From: Candidatus Latescibacterota bacterium
GTDB taxonomy: Bacteria; Latescibacterota; UBA2968; UBA8231
Direction: 5' to 3'
DNA: 64,000 nucleotides
NCBI GenBank assembly: GCA_965215195.1
Contig: CBDCDC010000002.1
Location: forward strand, 3,296,001-3,360,000
The notes under the pieces were generated by a model that saw nothing but the letters and a program-made list of their open reading frames with translations, had not been told where the DNA came from and ran no database searches. Below, one piece after another: positions 25,607-36,515 of the stretch. The position numbers were made by a program, and so were the translations under genes. The first letter of the stretch is position 1. Every line of letters begins with the position of its first letter.

Positions 25607-28227
25607 GGCTCTTTCTCTTCGCCTTGCGGCAATCCAAACGGCACGGCCAGCTCGACCCAAGACTTGATTTCCTCGCCGTTGCGGCGCACCGCGGGATAGA
25701 AGCTATAGCCATACGCCGCGGCCACCGCGCTCTCGACGAAAGGAGGGTCTCCGCGAAAGACCTCCACTTGCTCGGGCCGCCCCTCGCGGTCGATTAGCAC
25801 GTCGAGCAACACCTCGGCCGAATCCCCGGCAGCCGCCGGATAGACGGGCCGCACCACCTGCCGGACCAGCGGCCAATCACTCAGCGACAGGTCGGCCTCC
25901 TTCCACCCTAGCTCGTCGGGGGGAATCGCCAAGTCGAGCGCGATCATCGCTTCTATATCCAAGTCCTCTCGGTCCTGGCCCGCCTGAAAATCCGGGTGTT
26001 TCTCCAGCAGGAAGCGGATTTGCGGGCTGTTGCGATCGCGCCGCGCGACCTCCCGCAGGTAGTGGTTGGCCGAGTCCTCTAGGCCCTGCTCGGCAAAGGC
26101 GCGCCAGAGCCGGTAGTAGAGGTTGAGGTTGCGCTTGTCAAAGGACAGGGCTTGGCGGTAAAACTCGGTGGCGTCGTCGTAATAGCCTTCCTCCCAGTTG
26201 ATATTGCCAAGTTGGTACAGGGCGCGCGGGTTGGCGGCCTGCTGGTCGATGCTCCGCTCGAAAAAATCGCGGGCTAGCGCGGCGGCCCCGCGCCGCTGGG
26301 CGCGCTCGGCAAAGCCGATGTATTTGCGCGCCAAGGCCACCGAGTCGAGCGTGTCTGGCTCCAAGGCGAGCAGCTCGATTCGCTCCCCCGGGCCGAGCTG
26401 GCCGCCGACCGCCTTCAGGCTGCGCTCCAGCTTGTCGATGAGCTTTTCTTCGCGCACTTCCCGCCGCTGCTGGGCCAGCTTGCCAAACCGCGTCTCGGCG
26501 AACTCTTCGCGCAACAATTGATAGCGCTGCTCGGCCGCGACCGTATCCCCGACCACATTCTCGTAGGTATTGGCCGCCAAAAACGCCGCTTGCGCCCCGG
26601 TGTGCGTTCCGGCGAAGGCATGGCTCAAACTGTCCAACAGGGGGATGTACGCCTCGGTGTTTTCAGGCTGCGCTAAGCGCAGTGTTTCGATCCGCGCAAA
26701 CGCGCGGGCCGCCAGCTCTTCGGCGGTGACCTCGGACTTTTGCCCCAGCAGACGGCGGGCCTCGTTGGCATGGGCCGTGGTGGGAAACTCCTCGATTAGC
26801 CGCAGCAAATAGGGCTTAGCGCCCTGTTCGTCGCCGCGCATTTGCAGCTCGATCCAAGCGAGGCTGTACACGGCGCGGGGCAATTGGTCGCTGTGGGGGA
26901 AGCGGCGGATTACCTCCTCGTAGTACGCGCGGGCCGAATCGGCTTGGCCGATGTCGTCGCGATACAGCTCGCACGCGCTGAACAGGTCGTCCAGCACATC
27001 CAAACTCCGCGCCACCACCACTGTGTCGGCCGGGGCCTCCTCTGCCTGCCACAACAGCGGGCCCTGTACGACGCCCAGCGAGTCGGCGTAGAGCGAATCG
27101 GCGCGGTGGACCTCGCGCTGGAACTGCTGCAGCCGGCGCATGTGCCCCAGCATCTCCTGCGCCAAGAGCACGCCTTGGGCTCCCGGGCTCTCGCGGCTGC
27201 TTTCTTCAAGGTACTCGCGCGCCAGCTCGGTATCCCCGTATTCCTGCAGATGCAGCAAACCAATGCGATACAGGGCCATGGACGCCGAGGACGTCTGGGG
27301 AAAGTCGTTGCGCACCTGCTCGTACTCGGCCAGCGCCTCGTCGAGCAAGCGGCGGCCCTGATACCACTCGCCGATTAGGAGCCGGGTGCGGCCCTCAAAG
27401 CGGCGAAAGCGGCCCTCGTCGAGCAGGCTGACGTATGTGGCTAGGGCCTCTTCCTGCGCGCCCGTGGCGTAGAGCGCACGGCCGCTGTTGAGCTGGGCGC
27501 GGTACTTTTGATCCGCGCTTGGATCGGCCTGCTGCACCTCGCCGAAGGCCGCTAGGGCCTCGTCTAAGCGGGCCGGGTCCTCTAAGGCCATCAGGGCCTC
27601 GCCCAAGCGCAACCACAACTGGGCGCGCACCGCGCTCTTGGGAAAGGCCGTTAGCGTCGCCCGATATTCCCGCATGGCCGCGACGTAGTCCTCGCGGTCG
27701 TGCGCCATCTCGGCCAAGCGCAGGCCCGCTTGGACGGCGATCTTTTCTTTGGCCTCGTCAAAAAGCGCTCGGTAGAGCGACTGGGCTTGGTCGTCAATCT
27801 GCTGCTCCTCTAGGCAGCGGGCGCGCCAGTAGCGGGCTTGGTCGAAGTGCGGACTGGACGGGAAAAAGGTCTCCAAGTCGCGGAACGACTCTTGGGCGTT
27901 GAGGTATTCGCCGCGCCAGTAATACGCCCGGCCGATCAGGAACATGGCGTCGTCGACCAAGTCGCTCTCCTTGTACTCGTCGAGCACCTTGGACGCCTTG
28001 CGCACCGCTTTGTCGTAGAGTTGGTCGGCCTGCGGCGAGCGCCGCCGCTGCAATTCGGGACCGGCCCGGTCAAAGGCCCAGTCGGCGTAGGTCTCTTCGT
28101 GTTTGCGCCGCTCTTTCTCGGCCTCGCGGAACAGTTTCTTGGCGTTGTAAAACGTATTGAAATAGACGCAGGCCGAAATCGCCAGACAACAAGCCAGCAA
28201 CAGGCGGCAGGTGGGCGCAATCGTCAC
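25603..28227 (-). CDS. TPR-repeat lipoprotein (SprE/PorW- or BamD-like N-terminus) with C-terminal TonB-C domain
   Basis: Lipobox ISAC then VYFNTFYNAKK; many TPRs; C-terminal P.YP...VLIDREG...AV.AA...F.PA..NG....WV..VPF. Confidence 0.75.
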   Translation of the reverse strand: MTIAPTCRLLLACCLAISACVYFNTFYNAKKLFREAEKERRKHEETYADWAFDRAGPELQRRRSPQADQLYDKAVRKASKVLDEYKESDLVDDAMFLIGRAYYWRGEYLNAQESFRDLETFFPSSPHFDQARYWRARCLEEQQIDDQAQSLYRALFDEAKEKIAVQAGLRLAEMAHDREDYVAAMREYRATLTAFPKSAVRAQLWLRLGEALMALEDPARLDEALAAFGEVQQADPSADQKYRAQLNSGRALYATGAQEEALATYVSLLDEGRFRRFEGRTRLLIGEWYQGRRLLDEALAEYEQVRNDFPQTSSASMALYRIGLLHLQEYGDTELAREYLEESSRESPGAQGVLLAQEMLGHMRRLQQFQREVHRADSLYADSLGVVQGPLLWQAEEAPADTVVVARSLDVLDDLFSACELYRDDIGQADSARAYYEEVIRRFPHSDQLPRAVYSLAWIELQMRGDEQGAKPYLLRLIEEFPTTAHANEARRLLGQKSEVTAEELAARAFARIETLRLAQPENTEAYIPLLDSLSHAFAGTHTGAQAAFLAANTYENVVGDTVAAEQRYQLLREEFAETRFGKLAQQRREVREEKLIDKLERSLKAVGGQLGPGERIELLALEPDTLDSVALARKYIGFAERAQRRGAAALARDFFERSIDQQAANPRALYQLGNINWEEGYYDDATEFYRQALSFDKRNLNLYYRLWRAFAEQGLEDSANHYLREVARRDRNSPQIRFLLEKHPDFQAGQDREDLDIEAMIALDLAIPPDELGWKEADLSLSDWPLVRQVVRPVYPAAAGDSAEVLLDVLIDREGRPEQVEVFRGDPPFVESAVAAAYGYSFYPAVRRNGEEIKSWVELAVPFGLPQGEEKEP

Positions 28228-28237
28228 GGGCCGTCTC

Positions 28238-31200
28238 CTAGCCCCGATGGTAATCCTGCAGGGACTGCACGCCTAGCTCGGCGCGTTGCAGGGCCTCAAT
28301 ACCCGCGGCCGCGGCCCGGGCCCCGGCCATCGTCGTGGTGTAGGGTACGCCGGTTACAACTGCGGCCCGGCGCACTGCAAAGTCGTCGTAGTGCGAAGGC
28401 TCGTCGAGGGGGGTGTTGATAATCAGGTCGATCTGGCGGCTGCGAATCGCGTCTTCGATGTGCGGGCGGCCCTCGTGGATTTTGTGTACCCGCTCGGCGG
28501 CGATGCCGTGCTGGCCGAGGAAGTCGCGCGTACCCTGCGTGGCCACCAACTCGAACCCGGCCGCGCACAGCCGGCGCGCCACCGGCAAGACCTCCTCTTT
28601 ATCGCAGTCGGCCACGCTGATAAAGATCCGCCCGCGCGACGGCAGCAGCGAACCCGCCCCCATCTGCGCCTTGAGAAAGGCCGTGCCAAAGTCGCGGCCA
28701 ATGCCCATGACTTCGCCGGTGGACTTCATCTCCGGCCCTAGCAGGCTATCGGCCCCGGGGAATTTTATAAAGGGCAGCACGGCCTCCTTGACGGATATGT
28801 GCGCGGGCGCGACCTCCTCCATAAAGCCCTGCTCGCGCAAGCTCATCCCCACCATGGCTCGCGCGGCGATCTTGGCCAGCGGGCGGCCAATGGCCTTGCT
28901 GACAAAAGGCACGGTGCGCGAAGCGCGGGGATTTACTTCAATCGCATAGACCTCGCCTTGATAGACGGCGTATTGCACGTTCATCAGGCCGATCACCCCG
29001 AGGGCGCGCGCCAGTGCGTGGGTGCATTCGCGCATGGTCTCGATGTGTTTGGCCGGCGTGTCGTAGGGCGGCAGGGCGCAGGCGCTGTCGCCCGAATGGA
29101 CGCCAGCGTGCTCAATGTGCTGCATGATCCCGCCGACGACCACGTCCGTCCCGTCGGCCACGGCATCCACGTCGAATTCCTCCGCGCCTTGCAAGTAGCG
29201 GTCGATGAGCACGGGCCGCTCGGGCGCTATCTCAATGGCCTCGTTCATGTAGGTTTCGAGGCCCCGGACATCGTAGGCCACGACCATGGCCCGCCCGCCC
29301 AGCACATAGGAAGGCCGCACCAAGACCGGGAAGCCGATCTGCTCGGCAACCGCGCAGGCCTCGGCACAACTGGCGGCCATGCCATTGGCCGGCTGGCGGA
29401 TGCCCAGCTCGTTGAGCAGTTGGCCGAAGCGCTGGCGATCCTCGGCCAAGTCGATGCTGCTGGGCGAGGTGCCGATAATGGGCACACCCTCGCGCTCTAG
29501 TTCGGCCGCCAAGTTCAGCGGGGTCTGCCCCCCGAACTGCACGATGACGCCGTCTGGGGCTTCGCGCTCGACGATGTGCAGCACGTCTTCGATGGTCAGC
29601 GGCTCAAAGTAGAGCTTGTCGGCCGTGTCGTAATCCGTGCTGACCGTCTCGGGATTGGAGTTGACCATGATGGTCTCATAGCCGATTTCGCGCAGGGCGA
29701 AACACGCGTGTACGCAGCAGTAATCGAACTCGATCCCCTGGCCGATGCGGTTCGGCCCCCCGCCGAGGATGGCGATTTTCTTGCGCGGCGAGCGCTGCAC
29801 CTCGTCCTCGCGGTCGTACGTGGAATAGTGGTAGGGCGTGTGGGCCTCGAACTCAGCGGCGCAGGTATCGACCGTTTTGTACACCGGGCGAATGGCCAAA
29901 TCGAGGCGACGGCGGCGGACGCCAGTCTCGTCGCAGCCCTTGAGATGCGCTAGCTGGCGGTCGCTAAATCCCCACTCCTTGGCGCGGCGCAACAAGGCCG
30001 CGTCGGCGAGCACGTCTGCCCGCGCTAGCTGTTGTTCGAGTTCAAAAAGCTGGTAGAGCTGGTCGAGAAACCACGGATCAATGCCCGTGAGGCCGTAGAT
30101 CTCGTCGTGGGTGTAGCCTTTGGCAATGGCCAGCTTGAGGTAGGACATGCGCTGGGAGTTGGGACGCAGCAATTTTTCGCGCAGTTCCTTGTCGGCCACC
30201 TTGGCCGCGCTGAGGTCCTTGCCGTCGGCACCAAAACCCGCCCGGCCAACCTCCAGCGAGCGCAGGCCCTTTTGCAGGGACTCCTTAAAGGTGCGGCCAA
30301 TGGCCATGGTTTCTCCCACCGAGCGCATCTGGGTGTCGAGTGCATCCGGCGTGCTGGGAAATTTCTCAAAGGTAAAGCGCGGAATTTTGGTCACCACGTA
30401 GTCGATGGTCGGCTCAAAGGAGGCCGGGGTCTCGCGAGTAATGTCGTTGCGGATTTCGTCCAGACTGTAGCCCACGGCCAGTTTGGCGGCGATCTTGGCG
30501 ATGGGAAAGCCCGTTGCCTTGGACGCCAGCGCCGAGGAGCGCGAGACCCGGGGGTTCATCTCGATGACGACCATGCGGCCGTCTGCGGGATTGACCGCGA
30601 ACTGGATATTGGACCCGCCGGTATCTACGCCGATCTCGCGCATGATGCCGATGGCCGCGTCGCGCATGTGCTGATATTCCTTGTCGGACAAGGTCTGGGC
30701 CGGCGCGACCGTGATGCTGTCGCCGGTGTGGATCCCCATGGGGTCGAAGTTTTCAATCGAGCAGATAATGACCACGTTGTCGCGGTGGTCGCGCATGACC
30801 TCCAGTTCAAATTCCTTCCACCCAATGACCGATTCCTCGATTAGCACCTCGTCGATCGGACTTAGGTCGAGGCCGTGGCGCACGATCCGCTCGAATTCCT
30901 CGGCATTGTACGCCACGCCGCCGCCAGAGCCTCCGAGGGTAAAAGAGGGGCGGATGATCGTCGGATAGCCCAAGTCGGCTTGGTGCTTTTGGGCCTCTGC
31001 GAGGCTGTGGACAAAGGCCCCGCGCGGCATGGCCAACCCGGCCCGATCCATGGCGGCTTTGAAGAGTTGGCGGTCTTCGGCCATCTGGATGGCCGCGAGG
31101 GGAGCGCCGATCAGCTCGACGTTGTGCTCGGCGAGGGTGCCGCTTTCGGCCAAGGCCACCGCTGTGTTGAGCGCGGTTTGGCCCCCGAGCGTCGGCAGGA

Positions 31201-31456
31201 GGGCCTGCGGCTTTTCCGCGGCCATGATCCGCGCACAAATTTCCGGCGTAATCGGCTCAATGTAGGTCCGGTCGGCCACCTCGGGATCGGTCATAATCGT
31301 GGCCGGATTGCTGTTGACCAAGACGATGTCGTAGCCCTCTTCAGCTAGCGCCTTACAGGCTTGCGTTCCCGAATAGTCGAACTCGCAGGCTTGGCCAATG
31401 ACGATGGGGCCAGAGCCGATGAGCATTATTTTTTGAATGTCTGTGCGTTTGGGCAT
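28238..31456 (-). CDS. carB: Carbamoyl-phosphate synthase large subunit
   Basis: [66 protein letters not shown] domain. Confidence 0.98.
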   Translation of the reverse strand: MPKRTDIQKIMLIGSGPIVIGQACEFDYSGTQACKALAEEGYDIVLVNSNPATIMTDPEVADRTYIEPITPEICARIMAAEKPQALLPTLGGQTALNTAVALAESGTLAEHNVELIGAPLAAIQMAEDRQLFKAAMDRAGLAMPRGAFVHSLAEAQKHQADLGYPTIIRPSFTLGGSGGGVAYNAEEFERIVRHGLDLSPIDEVLIEESVIGWKEFELEVMRDHRDNVVIICSIENFDPMGIHTGDSITVAPAQTLSDKEYQHMRDAAIGIMREIGVDTGGSNIQFAVNPADGRMVVIEMNPRVSRSSALASKATGFPIAKIAAKLAVGYSLDEIRNDITRETPASFEPTIDYVVTKIPRFTFEKFPSTPDALDTQMRSVGETMAIGRTFKESLQKGLRSLEVGRAGFGADGKDLSAAKVADKELREKLLRPNSQRMSYLKLAIAKGYTHDEIYGLTGIDPWFLDQLYQLFELEQQLARADVLADAALLRRAKEWGFSDRQLAHLKGCDETGVRRRRLDLAIRPVYKTVDTCAAEFEAHTPYHYSTYDREDEVQRSPRKKIAILGGGPNRIGQGIEFDYCCVHACFALREIGYETIMVNSNPETVSTDYDTADKLYFEPLTIEDVLHIVEREAPDGVIVQFGGQTPLNLAAELEREGVPIIGTSPSSIDLAEDRQRFGQLLNELGIRQPANGMAASCAEACAVAEQIGFPVLVRPSYVLGGRAMVVAYDVRGLETYMNEAIEIAPERPVLIDRYLQGAEEFDVDAVADGTDVVVGGIMQHIEHAGVHSGDSACALPPYDTPAKHIETMRECTHALARALGVIGLMNVQYAVYQGEVYAIEVNPRASRTVPFVSKAIGRPLAKIAARAMVGMSLREQGFMEEVAPAHISVKEAVLPFIKFPGADSLLGPEMKSTGEVMGIGRDFGTAFLKAQMGAGSLLPSRGRIFISVADCDKEEVLPVARRLCAAGFELVATQGTRDFLGQHGIAAERVHKIHEGRPHIEDAIRSRQIDLIINTPLDEPSHYDDFAVRRAAVVTGVPYTTTMAGARAAAAGIEALQRAELGVQSLQDYHRG

Positions 31457-31482
31457 GGAGTGCTTTCGACAGAGCAGCAGGA

Positions 31483-32130
31483 TCAAAGGAGGGGAAGCTG
31501 GGCGGTGGGTGCTGCGTTGGCCTGCGAGTGGTTCGAGTACGTGTCCCACTTAGGGGAGTACGCGTCGGCCTGATCCCCCCACCCGAACCAACCTTTCCGC
31601 GGCCCTCGTGCGAACAACTCGATGAAGGGACCCGGACTACACGCCTCGATCAAATCGTACTGTTCGTCCGGCTTCCTGCTGTGTTCTCGCTTTTGCGAGA
31701 CGATGATGTTTTCTTGACTTCGCCCGGGCTGTAGCGTTCTGGCGTTTTTGCCCCGGATGCCGAACAGGATCATTTCCGTCACATTGCGAAAGTAGAATCC
31801 CACGCCCCGCCGATCTGGCCCCCCGTCCTTTCGCACTTTGTACCAGACGATGTTCGTCTTGTAATTGAATCCCCAACTATCCATCACACGCAGCCCATGC
31901 GCCAACAGCGCGTTGGGTATCCACAGGTACAGGTGCGCGGTTTCCATCGCAATTGATTCGACCGGCAAGCTCTCAATGTCCTGCAAGGCCATCGTCGAAT
32001 ACCGAGACAGCCGCCGGTGTTCCGGTGCCATCTTGCCCGTCCGGTTGTGGAACTGCCACGGCGGATCGGCGAGAATGGTCGAAAATTTCCTTTTGCCGAC
32101 TGCGTTGAGCAAATCGTTCGCTGCGGTCAT
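31483..32130 (-). CDS. MT-A70 family adenine-N6 DNA methyltransferase
   Basis: [49 protein letters not shown]. Confidence 0.92.
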   Translation of the reverse strand: MTAANDLLNAVGKRKFSTILADPPWQFHNRTGKMAPEHRRLSRYSTMALQDIESLPVESIAMETAHLYLWIPNALLAHGLRVMDSWGFNYKTNIVWYKVRKDGGPDRRGVGFYFRNVTEMILFGIRGKNARTLQPGRSQENIIVSQKREHSRKPDEQYDLIEACSPGPFIELFARGPRKGWFGWGDQADAYSPKWDTYSNHSQANAAPTAQLPLL

Positions 32131-32721
32131 TCACTCATCCTCTACGTACAGCTTTTTCGAGATACCAAATACCAAGAGGGGACAGCCGCCACCTCCGCCT
32201 CCTTCGATTCGCGGGAGCAACTTGCTCATGTGCGTTGTCGATGCCCCGTAAGACGGCCCTTTGTTCAGGGCATTGAAGAGGTACTGGAGTTCATCGCATC
32301 GGGTGATGATGACGCCGACGCTGATAGCGCGAAGGTCGAAAAGCAGCCTGAAGTTATTCAAGTCCCGGTCGTAGAATGGATCCTTGTTGTTCCATTCTAT
32401 TTCGAGAGCCACTCGATTGCGGAAACAATCGATTTTGTGAGTTGGCGCGTCGCGGATAGCTCCGTCTATTACGACCCTCGTCGAGAATTCCTTTTCTTGC
32501 CAGTTTCTTTCGTATAGATATTTGTCAATGAAAGCTGAAATCGCAGACTTCCGGCCACCGGGATTTACTATCCAGCTCTTTTTAAGGCGAAATTCCTGCA
32601 AAACCGAAAGGATGTCGTTCCACTCATCGGGAAAGTCCTCGTTCAGTATCGCGCAGGCGTGCTTCCACTCGTGGACTTCGTAGTGCTCGCGGATGAAATA
32701 GGGCAGTAAATCCGTAGTCAT
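32131..32721 (-). CDS. BglII/BstYI-family type II restriction endonuclease
   Basis: HEWKHACAIL, PGGRKS, THKIDCFRNRVALEIEWNNKDPFYDRDLNNFR, YGASTTH; adjacent to the MTase. Confidence 0.85.
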   Translation of the reverse strand: MTTDLLPYFIREHYEVHEWKHACAILNEDFPDEWNDILSVLQEFRLKKSWIVNPGGRKSAISAFIDKYLYERNWQEKEFSTRVVIDGAIRDAPTHKIDCFRNRVALEIEWNNKDPFYDRDLNNFRLLFDLRAISVGVIITRCDELQYLFNALNKGPSYGASTTHMSKLLPRIEGGGGGGCPLLVFGISKKLYVEDE

Positions 32722-32766
32722 TGCGAATTTGCGCAACCTCTATAAAGGCAAATTTTGGCTATAGAT

Positions 32767-33117
32767 TTACGCTGATTTGCGCTGGTGCCGTATCTGCACA
32801 GTCCTGATGCCAGCAGGCCAAGCGTCCCAACTTGTAATGGTGCTGACGACAAACTGCGTTTTCACTTTTTTAGGTACATCGTTGTGTATGCGGAACAGGA
32901 TTACGCCATAGGGTGCCGGCGCGTTGTCGCGGCAGATTAATTCCCCAAAATCCGTGTCGTAGGTTATCAGTGTGCGTTGTTCCTGCGTTCCCAACTCCAG
33001 TAGATTGGCATCTTCTTCACTTCTGTTGGTTGCTGTGGCCCAAAGTATGTCGTAGCCACAAGCACGGAGGCCATCTACGACATCCTTATCCACATCCTCG
33101 TCAACTAGTATTCTCAT
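32767..33117 (-). CDS. DUF5615 PIN-like protein (VapC45-type toxin)
   Basis: MRILVDEDV...LR..GYD...D..LL...R.LITYD.DFGEL...GVILFR. Confidence 0.85.
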   Translation of the reverse strand: MRILVDEDVDKDVVDGLRACGYDILWATATNRSEEDANLLELGTQEQRTLITYDTDFGELICRDNAPAPYGVILFRIHNDVPKKVKTQFVVSTITSWDAWPAGIRTVQIRHQRKSA

Positions 33118-33470
33118 GCCCTTTCGCCGTCCATAATGGCGTCGAGGTCTTCCCAAGTAACATTGGACAACTTGGCACCGGTGGCCTTGTACTGTCGGCA
33201 AGCCTCAATATCTTTCTCGTCTATGAGCGGGTAGCTATGCATAATGTCATCTACGGTACTGCCGCTTTCCAACAGGTCGGTTATCAGTTCCACAGAGATG
33301 CGAGTACCTCTCACCGTGGGCTTGCCCGCCAGTATCTGCGGGTTGCAGATGATGCGATCCTTATAGAGTGTAGGCGAGATTTGCTCTTTATCGGCCCTAG
33401 CGCGTCTTTGCGAACGGGCCTGACGTGTAGCTTGTGCTTTCTCGCGCTTTCTCGCGATGCCCCTATCAAT
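33114..33470 (-). CDS. DUF433 antitoxin; start codon uncertain
   Basis: In-frame DRIICNPQILAGKPTVRGTRISVELI.DLLE.G.T.DDI..SYP.I...DI.AC; stop overlaps the DUF5615 start (ATGA). Confidence 0.75.
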   Translation of the reverse strand: MDRGIARKREKAQATRQARSQRRARADKEQISPTLYKDRIICNPQILAGKPTVRGTRISVELITDLLESGSTVDDIMHSYPLIDEKDIEACRQYKATGAKLSNVTWEDLDAIMDGERA

Positions 33471-33615
33471 CGCTCCTTGATATGGACGTAGAAATCGGCA
33501 GACATTTCAATCCGTCCTTTATTCGATTAAAAATCTGGAATCCAAATTGCTCCCCTATGGGGCTTCTGAATACAAGCTGTCTGGCGCCGTGGCTCTTACC
33601 GCCCGATGCAAGCGG

Positions 33616-34107
33616 TTAAAGCCTTAAATATAGGAGGAGCAGGAGGAGCGCGATCACAGTGGTAAAGCCGGCCTTGAGCAAAAGCTGGCCGCAGCGCTCC
33701 CAATCATAGCTCGGATCGGCCTTGAACTTGGGACGCACCACTTCCTTGAAAGCTACCTGAAAGCGCTGCTCATTGATGAGGCGGACGAGGTGGGGGTCGT
33801 AGTCGGCAATGGCCTTTAGGACCATGCGCTTGCGGCGCGCTGCTTTTTCGGCGCAGGCCCGCTGGGAGTCCTTGGCCGCGATCTCGCCCAGCGCGGTGGA
33901 GTCATCGGCGCTGCGAGTACTGGTCTTCTCCCGCGCCAAATTCTCGGCCAAGCAGCTAAGAGCTTCGCGGCTTTTTACGTTGTCTTGGATAACCGTATAA
34001 CAGGTATCGATAAAGCGGCTGAAATCCGCGAGGATCTCCTCTTCCGAAAGCCCCAGCAAGTAGGACTCTTCGATCATTTCTTCAATGGCGTCTTTGACGT
34101 CGGCCAT
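33616..34107 (-). CDS. Hypothetical protein with C-terminal TM helix
   Basis: MADVKDAIEEM... ORF ending in a hydrophobic stretch. Confidence 0.55.
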   Translation of the reverse strand: MADVKDAIEEMIEESYLLGLSEEEILADFSRFIDTCYTVIQDNVKSREALSCLAENLAREKTSTRSADDSTALGEIAAKDSQRACAEKAARRKRMVLKAIADYDPHLVRLINEQRFQVAFKEVVRPKFKADPSYDWERCGQLLLKAGFTTVIALLLLLLYLRL

Positions 34108-34208
34108 AGCGCAAGCCCTGTAAATTAAAGGTGCAAAAGCCAAGAAGCGCCCACACCGGCACCCCGTTTCCATTTCCATTTTCACAGTACAGCATCGCCC
34201 CAAACATG

Positions 34209-35771
34209 TCAAGCAGACCGCGCCGCATCCACCATGGCCAAGGCGATTTCGTCGGCTATATCGCCCGCCCGCATTCCCCATTCCCCCAGCCGCTCAACCG
34301 CCCGATCCCCGGCCCGGCCGTGGACATAGACCCCGAGGCAGGCCGCAGCCTCTGCATCCAACCCTTGGGCCAGCAGCCCGGCGATGATCCCGGTCAGCAC
34401 GTCGCCCGACCCGGCCGTGGCCATGCCCGCATTGCCCGTGGAGTTGACCGCCACGCGCCCATCGCTCGAGGCCACGACGGTCGGCGCACCCTTCAACACG
34501 AGCGTCGCGCCGAATTCGCCGGCAAAGTCGCGGGCCACCGCTATGGGCGCGGCGGCAATCCGCCGCTTGTCCAACCCGCTCAAGCGGGCAAACTCGCCCA
34601 CGTGGGGCGTGAGGACCAGCGGTGCCGAGCGGCCCTTTAGCACATCGGCTTGCCCGGCGCAAGCACTAAGCCCGTCCGCATCCAAAACGAGGGGCAGTTC
34701 GGTTTGCAACACCAGCCGCCGCACCAGCTCCGCAGTCTCTCGATAGCGGCCCAAACCCGGCCCCAACGCCAAGACATCGGCCCGCGTCAACATAGCGCGC
34801 ACTTCGCCCAAGGCCCGCAGCGACAAACAGCGCCGCTTGCGCACTTCGGGCAACGGCCGGGTCATCACCTCAGAGAGCTTGACTTCGAGAATGTCGTTGA
34901 GACTTGCGGGCACCCCTAGATGGACGCGACCGGCCCCGCTCCTGAGCGCGGCATCTGCCGTCAGCGCGGCCGCCCCGGTCATGCCCACCGAGCCCGCTAC
35001 CACGGCCACCGCCCCGCAGCTTCCCTTGTGCTCATCGCCGCGGCGGCGCGGCACGAGCGGCCCCAGCCCCTCGGCGGAAAGCAGCAGGGCCTCGGCCACC
35101 GCAGTGCGCAGGATGGGCTCGGGGAAGCCGATATTGGCCAAGTGCAGCGCACCGCAATGGGACCGGCCGGGATAGAATAGCTGCCCGACTTTGACCAATC
35201 CGAAGGTCACCGTCAGTGCGGCTTGGACGACCGCGCCGTGAACCCTTCCGGTGTCGGCTTCGACCCCCGAGGGAATATCCACGGCCACTACCGGCCGCGA
35301 GCAATTGGCAATGCGCTCAATGACGCGCGCCACGGCCGGGCGGGGTGCCCCGCGCAATCCGGTTCCCAAAAGCGCGTCAATCACCAAGTCAGCTTCGCCG
35401 AGGGCGTCGTCGAGCCGGGCCAAGTCCTCGCCGAGCACTTCGACGGCACAGCCCGCCTGTTCGCAGCACCGCAAGTGCTCGGCCGCGGCCCCTTGCACGG
35501 CCGCACGATCGGCCGCGAGGAAGACGCGCACCGAGCCACCGCCAGCACACAAGAGCCGGGCCGCGGCAAACCCGTCGCCGCCATTGTTGCCCTTGCCGCA
35601 CAGAACCACGGCCTGCAAACCGGCCAAGCCATCCCAGCGCGCCGCAATGGCCGCAACTACCTCTGCGCCCGCCCGCTCTATGAGTTCGGCGCTAGATATG
35701 CCCGCCTCGGCGATGGTGCGCCGATCGACCGCCGCCATTTCGCGGCCCGTTACCAGTTTGGGCAAGTCCAA
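34209..35771 (-). CDS. nnr: Bifunctional NAD(P)H-hydrate epimerase/dehydratase
   Basis: CGKGNNGGDG, DALLGTG, AVDIPSG, HKG..G, LDADGL, LTPHVGEF, MATAGSGDVLTG. Confidence 0.95.
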   Translation of the reverse strand: MDLPKLVTGREMAAVDRRTIAEAGISSAELIERAGAEVVAAIAARWDGLAGLQAVVLCGKGNNGGDGFAAARLLCAGGGSVRVFLAADRAAVQGAAAEHLRCCEQAGCAVEVLGEDLARLDDALGEADLVIDALLGTGLRGAPRPAVARVIERIANCSRPVVAVDIPSGVEADTGRVHGAVVQAALTVTFGLVKVGQLFYPGRSHCGALHLANIGFPEPILRTAVAEALLLSAEGLGPLVPRRRGDEHKGSCGAVAVVAGSVGMTGAAALTADAALRSGAGRVHLGVPASLNDILEVKLSEVMTRPLPEVRKRRCLSLRALGEVRAMLTRADVLALGPGLGRYRETAELVRRLVLQTELPLVLDADGLSACAGQADVLKGRSAPLVLTPHVGEFARLSGLDKRRIAAAPIAVARDFAGEFGATLVLKGAPTVVASSDGRVAVNSTGNAGMATAGSGDVLTGIIAGLLAQGLDAEAAACLGVYVHGRAGDRAVERLGEWGMRAGDIADEIALAMVDAARSA

Positions 35772-35774
35772 TGC

Positions 35775-36515
35775 TCAAGCCTCCCAAGGGCGGATCAGTT
35801 CGCGCAGCCGGCGCGGAGCTTCGCGGGGCAGGGGCTGGCCCGTGTACTTGGGCAAGAGCGCGCGAAAGCCGACGCTGACCCACAAGGCCCAAGCGGCCAA
35901 ACCGCCGCAGAACAACCCCAACCCAGAAGCGACGCCAAGGCCCAAGGCCAAGCCTGCGCTCAGTAGAAAGACCAGCGAGAGCTTTACATTATCGACCGAC
36001 AGGAGAAAGCTGTGGCGCACGGTGGCCCACACCGACCCCTCCTGAGTGACCAGCACTGGAAAAACATAGACCGCAACCATGCCTATCAGCAGCAGGAACC
36101 AGACCATTAGCCCGCCCAAAAACACCCCCAGCCAGCCGCCGATCTGCTGGTAAAAGACCACGTTGGCCAGCACCAGCGCGACCGCCGCGACCATTAGCAA
36201 CCCCAGCGCGAGGGCGCGCCAAAAAAGCGCGCGGCCAACCGCCCAGAACTCCCGCAGGCCGAAGTCCCGGCCCCGCGCCCAAGCCGCCCCAGCGGCGAAT
36301 AGAACGGCCGTGGCCGGTGCGCCCAACAGCAGGGCACCGGCTAAGACAGCGGCCCCCACCAAGCCCAAGCCGCCGAGCCCAAATCCCAGTTGCAAAAGCG
36401 CGTAAGCCCCTCCGATCCAAGGCAGACTCAACGCGCTCCACAGCAGGTTGTAGCCCACCAGCCCGCCCAAGCGATCGTACGCCGTCCACAAGAAGCGTTG
36501 CAGGTTTTCGCTCAC
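35775..36515 (-). CDS. Integral membrane protein (DUF624/YesL-like)
   Basis: NLLW, GAPATA, several TM segments. Confidence 0.55.
   Translation of the reverse strand: MSENLQRFLWTAYDRLGGLVGYNLLWSALSLPWIGGAYALLQLGFGLGGLGLVGAAVLAGALLLGAPATAVLFAAGAAWARGRDFGLREFWAVGRALFWRALALGLLMVAAVALVLANVVFYQQIGGWLGVFLGGLMVWFLLLIGMVAVYVFPVLVTQEGSVWATVRHSFLLSVDNVKLSLVFLLSAGLALGLGVASGLGLFCGGLAAWALWVSVGFRALLPKYTGQPLPREAPRRLRELIRPWEA

Noticed and set aside
31457-31549. Extended carB N-terminus
   Set aside because: The canonical MPKRTD start is at 31456; the extension overlaps the MTase gene.
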